Assembly: GCA_022813865.1 (NCBI GenBank)
Contig: JALDZX010000066.1
Coordinates: forward strand, 62,001-103,796
Reading direction: 5' to 3'
DNA: 41,796 nucleotides
DNA from: Xylographa opegraphella
Lineage: Eukaryota
Made by a program: the position numbers and the translations under genes. Positions 35,623-41,796 of the stretch are shown here, piece by piece. Below the pieces are notes generated by a model. It was not told the DNA's origin. It searched no databases and worked only from the letters and a program-made list of their open reading frames with translations. Numbering within the stretch: position 1 is the first letter of the stretch; each line of letters begins with the position of its first letter.

Positions 35623-35755
35623 TGTGTGGATTTCGCGGTGGTTGACAGGGATTAGCTATGGTGCAGAGCCCTGTGACTTCATTGCCAAAATTTCAAACTC
35701 TGTTGCGCATACAATTAATTATGACCAGTCTCCGCCAAAGCCTGGTTGACCATTC

Positions 35756-38365
35756 ATGCAACGACTGGCCCAGTATGCAGCACGACGGTCATATGCTGGC
35801 TCGAAAATCAGTGGTCCTCTAGTCACCTCTCAGTCTTTGCAGTCCATAAAAGCCTTCACGACTGGTAGAATACTAAAGCTCAGAAGAGGACCTGGATCCC
35901 ACAATACATCTAGAGCTCCCTCGAGGCAGAAAATTCTGGAAGAGGAGTATCTCAGCCGTGAAAATCTAGATGATGAAGACTTTCTTGCCGATGAGCTGGA
36001 ACAAGATGAAGAGACAGGTGCTGAGGGTATAGTGGATATCAGTACACTGGGCGAGGACCCAGAAGAGCTTCGGCTCCGAATTGCACGACTTGAAGAAGAA
36101 CTTCGCGATTTAAGAAGCGGCAGATCTCTGTCCGTCTTTACTCCAGCAGATCGAATAAAAGTAACGCAAGCACTGGAGAGAGCCCGCGCAAATGGGAGCA
36201 AGGGCCTACCTCAAGATGAGTCTCGTTTCGACTCGACGTCCGAGGAGTTGGAGCGATTGGAAGCCCAATATCGTCGAACTCAGGCTGATCTTGAGATCAA
36301 ATTTCAACTTCCTCCAGAGCACGATATCAAGTTGCAGAGCCTCACCAAAGCCTTACGTCGAGTCGCAACAGAAATTGCCACCAACGAACCCAGCATCAAG
36401 TCAGAACGAGAGTTATGGAGATTGTACGCCATTTGCAGGCAGAGCGTTCCGAACTTTTTGCAACTCATCCCAGACAAGGCTTGGGATATTCTATGGGAAA
36501 GTCAATACAAAGCACCAGGGCCTATAAAAGATCGGATAGGACATTTAAAATTACTGTTGGAGGATATGCGCGCATCCGACCGAGACTTGAGCGCAACCCA
36601 AAGGATGGTTCTTATTGAATCACTTCATATTGAGGGTCGTCATGCAGAGGCTATATCAATGTGGCAGCAGATTCGGAGCAGTCTACGAGATAACCCTGAC
36701 ATATCCGAACACTGTGAGGACCTTGGCGTACGTGTGTACGCTGCTGCTGGAAATCCTCAGAAAGCTCAGGATCTGGCATTTCAATACCTGAAAACTCGAG
36801 ACGAAGCGCGTACAAGGATTCTGACTCCTCTCATCCAAGCCTGGGCCCAAAGAGGGGACGAATATAGTATAAAGCAAGCATGGGCTATTTACTTGCGGTT
36901 GAAGATGCAACTAGGATCAAATATGACTTTGGACGATTATGATGAGATTACGACGTGCTTCCTTAACACCGGTAGAGCTGATATTGCATTGGCCGTCTTC
37001 AAGGACCTCATGCTTACTGGCCAGAATTCTCAATATGATTCCACAGAGCTATACAAAAAATCGCTGGGACTATACAACCAGCTCAACTCCCAAAGCCTCG
37101 ATGTGGCAAGTGCCACAAATGTGTCCTTGACAGCATTGACCATACTGCCACGAAGCTTTCAGAATAAATTCTTCTTTGGGAGTTGGTTGAAGAAATTGCT
37201 AGGAATGGGCCAGATTGATGCTGCCATATCGGTTTTATCTCTCATGGTCGAACGAGGTGTGAGAGCCGACCCCAAGCACCTCAACGGTATTGTCGGGGCT
37301 CTGCTGCGATCCAGCAGCTCCAAGAACAAGGAGCGGGGAATCGACATTGGACGAGCCATGATCGAAGAGCGGCTCCGCTTCGTTTCCCAGCGCCATAGCT
37401 CCCCACCAACTACTGGAGGCATGATCGCCCCCCCAAATAACTACAGTCGGTACACCCTTCATGAGCGCCGCATCGCCGTTCCCCCTGCTACCATCGAGAC
37501 CTTCTCTCTTCTCCTCCTGTATTTCTCCCGCCGCGGTATGTCCGGCGCCATCCAGCAGCTCCAAGAAAGCCTCCGAGCGGCCGAAATGCCTCCCAATACT
37601 TACTTCATGAATCACCTCCTGTACGCCTCGCTCCGCCAAGGTGCTCACCAAGACGTCTGGAACCTGTACCTCCGCATGTCTCCTCGGCCGGGCCCCGACC
37701 TCGAGACCTTTGCCGCGCTCTGGGACTGCGAAAAGGCGCACCTCGACTACCCCGCCGTCCGCACCGAGGGCAAGTTCCCTGGTCCACGGCACGTCTTCTG
37801 CGACATGGTGAGCTGGTTCTCGGCCCTCAGTGTCAGCCAGCGCGCCGCCGTCCGAGCAGAATTCAGCCACGACGTCTACACCCAGATCATCCGCTGCATG
37901 TGCCTGGCTAAAGACCTCGAAGGCACCCTCGTCGCGCTGTACGCGCTCCACACCTCCTTCGGCATGACGCCCGACGAAGACACCTCCCGCATGATCGCGC
38001 TGCAGGTCGCCCGCATGGGCGAGCTCAGGCTCCGCGCCACGAAACGCCAGCGCCGCAGCACGGTCGTGAAAGAGCGGGGCGCGCTCAACGTCGAGAAGGT
38101 GGCGCAGGTGGTGCAGCTGCTGGCCGAGGAGCGCGAGGAGGCTCTGCAGAAAAGGGGCATCGGCGGGGACGACCTGAGCGAGGAGCAGGTCGCGGCGGAG
38201 TCGATCTTCCTGCTCGCGCAGCTGCTGCGCACGTTTATGGAGAGCAGGGGCGCTGGGGAGGAGGCGTTGAGGGAGGGCGTGGAGCGCGCGGCGTGGGAGA
38301 TGGGGTGCAGTGGGCTCGAGATGGGGGATCCTTTGTTAGGTGTATCTAGGGCGAGTGCTGTATGA
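35756..38365 (+). CDS. Pentatricopeptide-repeat-like protein, probably mitochondrial
   Basis: Intronless 869-aa ORF with an Arg/Ser-rich, acid-free presequence. PPR-like units: YDEITTCFLNTGRADIALAVFKDL, FFGSWLKKLLGMGQIDAAISVLSLMVERGVRADPKHLNGIVGA, PPNTYFMNHLL and PDLETFAALW. Confidence 0.85.
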   Translation: MQRLAQYAARRSYAGSKISGPLVTSQSLQSIKAFTTGRILKLRRGPGSHNTSRAPSRQKILEEEYLSRENLDDEDFLADELEQDEETGAEGIVDISTLGEDPEELRLRIARLEEELRDLRSGRSLSVFTPADRIKVTQALERARANGSKGLPQDESRFDSTSEELERLEAQYRRTQADLEIKFQLPPEHDIKLQSLTKALRRVATEIATNEPSIKSERELWRLYAICRQSVPNFLQLIPDKAWDILWESQYKAPGPIKDRIGHLKLLLEDMRASDRDLSATQRMVLIESLHIEGRHAEAISMWQQIRSSLRDNPDISEHCEDLGVRVYAAAGNPQKAQDLAFQYLKTRDEARTRILTPLIQAWAQRGDEYSIKQAWAIYLRLKMQLGSNMTLDDYDEITTCFLNTGRADIALAVFKDLMLTGQNSQYDSTELYKKSLGLYNQLNSQSLDVASATNVSLTALTILPRSFQNKFFFGSWLKKLLGMGQIDAAISVLSLMVERGVRADPKHLNGIVGALLRSSSSKNKERGIDIGRAMIEERLRFVSQRHSSPPTTGGMIAPPNNYSRYTLHERRIAVPPATIETFSLLLLYFSRRGMSGAIQQLQESLRAAEMPPNTYFMNHLLYASLRQGAHQDVWNLYLRMSPRPGPDLETFAALWDCEKAHLDYPAVRTEGKFPGPRHVFCDMVSWFSALSVSQRAAVRAEFSHDVYTQIIRCMCLAKDLEGTLVALYALHTSFGMTPDEDTSRMIALQVARMGELRLRATKRQRRSTVVKERGALNVEKVAQVVQLLAEEREEALQKRGIGGDDLSEEQVAAESIFLLAQLLRTFMESRGAGEEALREGVERAAWEMGCSGLEMGDPLLGVSRASAV

Positions 38366-39013
38366 AGAGGCAGGCATGCTTTGGCGTTTGCTGGATATAG
38401 CGAGACGTGGACAGGCGAAGCGTCCTAGAGATTGGTCTTGTTCGATCACATCAATAGCTCGCTAGACTGGCGTTGTCGCTGTGAGGGTTCTGCGTCTTCC
38501 ATGTCTCCACTTACCGTATCGCGATTTCGAATTTTGTACTATTACAAACATTGCAGAATTGCCGAGTGCTTGCTTTTTCGATGATTGGGCCGAGGGCTGG
38601 TGCAGGTTTGTGCCATATGTTACGTGCATGGTTTTGATATCCGCTCTGTTTCTTCGTAGTCCTTAAGTTGAGTCTGGTTAGAATCGATAATCATTTCCTT
38701 ACATCGTTTCAGAAGGTGAAGTTTAGAGCTTTATCACATTGTATATCTCCTATCTACTAGATGGAACTGTCTCTCCAGTAGAGTAAACTGTCTTATACGA
38801 AAAGACCAACTGAAATGCCAAGCATCTGTTTGATTATCTATACTCACATCCCCACATTCAGTCACTTATAATTCGGATATTTCCCCAGTCGCTTGGATAG
38901 CCTACCCTCCTATGCAACACGACAACTCCACATGCCATGCAATACCCGAGATCCTATGCAACGAAGCGGCCGCTAAGATCAAGCAAAAGGACCATCTATG
39001 TGTGTAGAGCACT

Positions 39014-41115
39014 TCATCTCAAGCTAGCTCCCTTGAACCTCTTAGCAAGCTGTTCGTCGTCGGCGACAGAGCCATCAGTGGCGCCATAGGACAGGGGAGA
39101 AGGACGCTTTGGGGGGCGCTCACCGCTTTCTTCCATGATGGCTAGTAACGTGGCCCATCCTGGCGTGTTTAGAAGTTGGAAGCCGTCCGCGAGATCGTGC
39201 GTTGTGGCGACGCGGCAGAGGAGGGCTTCTTCCTCCTGTAGGAAACGATATGCGTTAGTGGTAAATTATGCTCAACAAACATCCGAGCCCTACCTTGCTG
39301 AGGATACCAAGCCCATGTAAGAAACACAGGAGATGAAAGTCAGAGGCGGATCTGACGCCCTTCTCCGGACTCTTTCCTCGCACGCTGAGTTGCCCGGCCA
39401 CGGATCTGAACTCCTGGCTCTCTCCGATAACCTCACGGTTCTCAATTGGAAACTCCGAAGTATTGAAGATTGCCGTCGACTCGGTTGGAAAGCCGTGGGT
39501 GAGGGTGACCAAAAGGTACTCGACTGGAAAGCTTGGCTTCGCATTCTCCTGGACACTTGCGCCGTATTCGTTGATCCTTCTGTAGAAAACCTCGGGAATG
39601 TATCTTGTTCGACTTGGTGAACCATCATCTTCCTCTTCGCCTCGAACGAGCATGACCGATGGGTCAGCGGATGGCTCAACAATATCCGCTCTTATCATTT
39701 CCACGGCAGAATTCGATGCCTGGAACGCAGATATGGCGATTCCACCGTCCTCGTCACCGCTAAGAACGCAAGTGACAAAATTAGAACCGAATCGTCCCGT
39801 GTCGCTCCACTTCGTTGGCTTGGGGTGTTGAGCCTGTAACCGAGCCGAGAAAGCAATTTCCAATGACGATAGAAAGTAAGAATCGATGTGTCTTTTGCAA
39901 ATGACGCTTCCATCGCCAGCTCCAGCATCTAACAGATCCGTAAATATAACGCCGAGCTTTTGCATTCCACACAACCGTGCAACCTCGTCCACTCCACTTT
40001 CATTTTCCCACTCATGTAGCGTGACCCCATCAGCATCATCCATTTGCGGCGGTTCATAAATTGCTTCCACCACGGCCTTGATTCCCAGTGGTACCTCGGT
40101 GTACTCAGTGTAACGCCCGTAAAGAAAGCCCAATCGCTGCGACCCAGATTTTCGCCAAAAATCAAGTAACGAGTTGATCAGCGCAGGAGATGAAAACTCA
40201 ACATGATCCACCATCCTGAATGGCTGCGCCTGGAGCGTAATCGCACTAGGTTGGCATTTGGTACAGATCCCTTCTGGCCATTGCGGATGGCCCGAAGGGC
40301 AATCACGTTTGACTCTGTAGTACGGCTCACTTAGTGGTGGCATGTATGACGACTTGAGTTCTGGTTTATTGGTCGCTGAATTGATTTTTCGAAGATAGGA
40401 ATGGAATGAGAGGTGCTTGATCTTCTTCTCCGCCAGATACTCAGGCGAATATGGTTCTAAGGGCATACAGTAATCACACATGCCTTTGGGTCCATGCCGG
40501 CACATCTTTTGATCTCGAAGCCTTGGTATCTTTCCATCTAGTTTATCTAATCGGTCATCCAGCGGAGATTGCTGAATAACGTCCCACGGATTCTTTATGA
40601 GAGTGGCCGGAGACGTCATGGGTGCCTCGGTGATAACGACATCTTCTGATGGTAGGATAGGCAGGCCATTTAGCCGATTCGACGAATTGTGAGCCTGTGT
40701 AGTAACCGATTTGGGCACGCTGTCATGTCCGTTGAGAGGCGCTTGATCTTTGTAACTGAGGAATATCTTTTCACCATGTCTAGCAGGTCAGTCTCAGTCT
40801 TTCGCAGAACTAGGATCCAATATACACACTTAAGTCCCACTCTCTCTATCGTGATACCTTCCAGCGAGCTCAACAATCTTGCATCGCTGCCAAATGGCCT
40901 ATTTGATAAAGTTATCGTTGTGGAGTCTACGGATTTGGGTAATTTGTCAAGGATCTGTGTCACAAGAGTAAATTATGAGATACCGAGTATTTCAAACTGG
41001 CTGAGTTCCTTACCGGTGATAACAAAGAAGTCAACTGGTCTGAAGGCGAGACCTCCAGACGAAACTGGCCATCTCTGCTCTCAAACCGCAGCAGCATCTT
41101 CTTCGGCGGTACCAT
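39014..41115 (-). CDS. NPL4: Nuclear protein localization protein 4 (Cdc48-Ufd1-Npl4 cofactor)
   Basis: Exons 41115-41014, 40954-40830, 40779-39294 and 39235-39014. N-terminal [14 protein letters not shown], zinc fingers [12 protein letters not shown] and [18 protein letters not shown], then [24 protein letters not shown] and FPIENR. Confidence 0.97.
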
Positions 41116-41615
41116 TCTCGACGAAGGCTACCGGAAGTTGTTAGATGGATGGAAAATACCAAGCCATAGAAACAGTAGAAGCCTCGGAATGGTGAAAGGT
41201 CAAGATGTCCAAGCTTCTCCCACGGCTCTTCTCCAGAATAGTATCGAAGCTCGCGGAGCTCTGATTGGTAACGTCATTAGCGTCTCGTTTCAATATTAAG
41301 CTTCTTTCCAAAGGTCCTCGACCGAGGGCCAGCAGCCTAGCGCGCACTGGACCCTGTCCGGAATTAAAGTTCCTCCCGGATGTGTGGAAGTGTCCTTTGA
41401 TGTGAGTGGAGGCTGAGTCGAGAAAGAATTGTTGTTTCGCGAATCTGCGTTCCTTCTGATCGCCTGCTCCAAATAATCTCAATGTGGTCGACCTACGAAA
41501 GACACATACGTTTGCTATCTTGAGACAATCTCGACCATCGTTGTCCTGAACATCATCACCTCTCCAAAGACATCACACACATCTCTACCGCTGCACCTTG
41601 CCGCTTTCCCTAAAA

Positions 41616-41715
41616 ATGGTGTACTGGATATCCCTCGCCGCTCCATTCGCCTACCTCGGTATCCTCATCGGCTCTCTTGCAACGTTTTCCTCCCTCTACC
41701 GCGCTCGCAAAGCCT
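41616..41715 (+). CDS. SEC66: Sec66 (Sec71) translocon subunit, first exon only
   Basis: MVYWISLAAPFAYLGILIGSLATFSSLYRARKA followed by a GTACGT donor at 41716. This matches the fungal Sec66 N-terminal TM segment as I recall it (PFAYL..L.GSL.TFSSLYR.RK). Confidence 0.82.
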
Positions 41716-41736
41716 GTACGTCCTCAATTGCTCTCT

Positions 41737-41737
<1 letters not shown>

Positions 41738-41796
<59 letters not shown>
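41738..41796 (+). repeat. Poly-C homopolymer (59 nt) running to the window end, within SEC66 intron 1
   Basis: Directly visible in the sequence. Confidence 0.95.

Noticed and set aside
1..41796. Transposons, CRISPR-like arrays, rRNA/tRNA genes, TPP riboswitch or a biosynthetic gene cluster
   Set aside because: No transposase or RT motifs, terminal repeats, spacer arrays, RNA-gene signatures or PKS/NRPS/terpene synthase genes seen. The genes are functionally unrelated housekeeping loci.

Overview
Eukaryotic (fungal, Pezizomycotina-type) genomic DNA. It is gene-dense, with short GT-AG introns of mostly 45-75 nt carrying CTRAY-type branch sites. I reconstructed exons by hand for 15 genes. In order they are: a GH3 beta-glucosidase (cut by the left edge), a DUF202 membrane protein, a ZRC1/COT1-type zinc transporter, a CDC1/MPPE1-type phosphoesterase, a secreted double-WSC protein, ATP3, TOP1, an NAD-dependent epimerase-like protein, an EF-hand AGC1 carrier, NOP14, an uncharacterised conserved protein, ORC3, a PPR-like protein, NPL4 and the first exon of SEC66, which runs into a terminal poly-C. 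Most of the window is housekeeping. I found no transposon, tRNA, rRNA, CRISPR array or secondary-metabolite cluster, and I cannot support a claim of a new multi-gene system. The less ordinary items are four: (1) a full-length DUF3431 gene broken only by two in-frame stops; (2) a decayed gene for a Cys-rich GPI-type surface protein at 23.6-24.4 kb that the ORF track does not show; (3) a recurring C-rich to G-rich strand-skew switch at gene 3' ends; (4) unassigned Cys-rich modules in the WSC protein. Family calls rest on motif recognition from memory; no database search was run.
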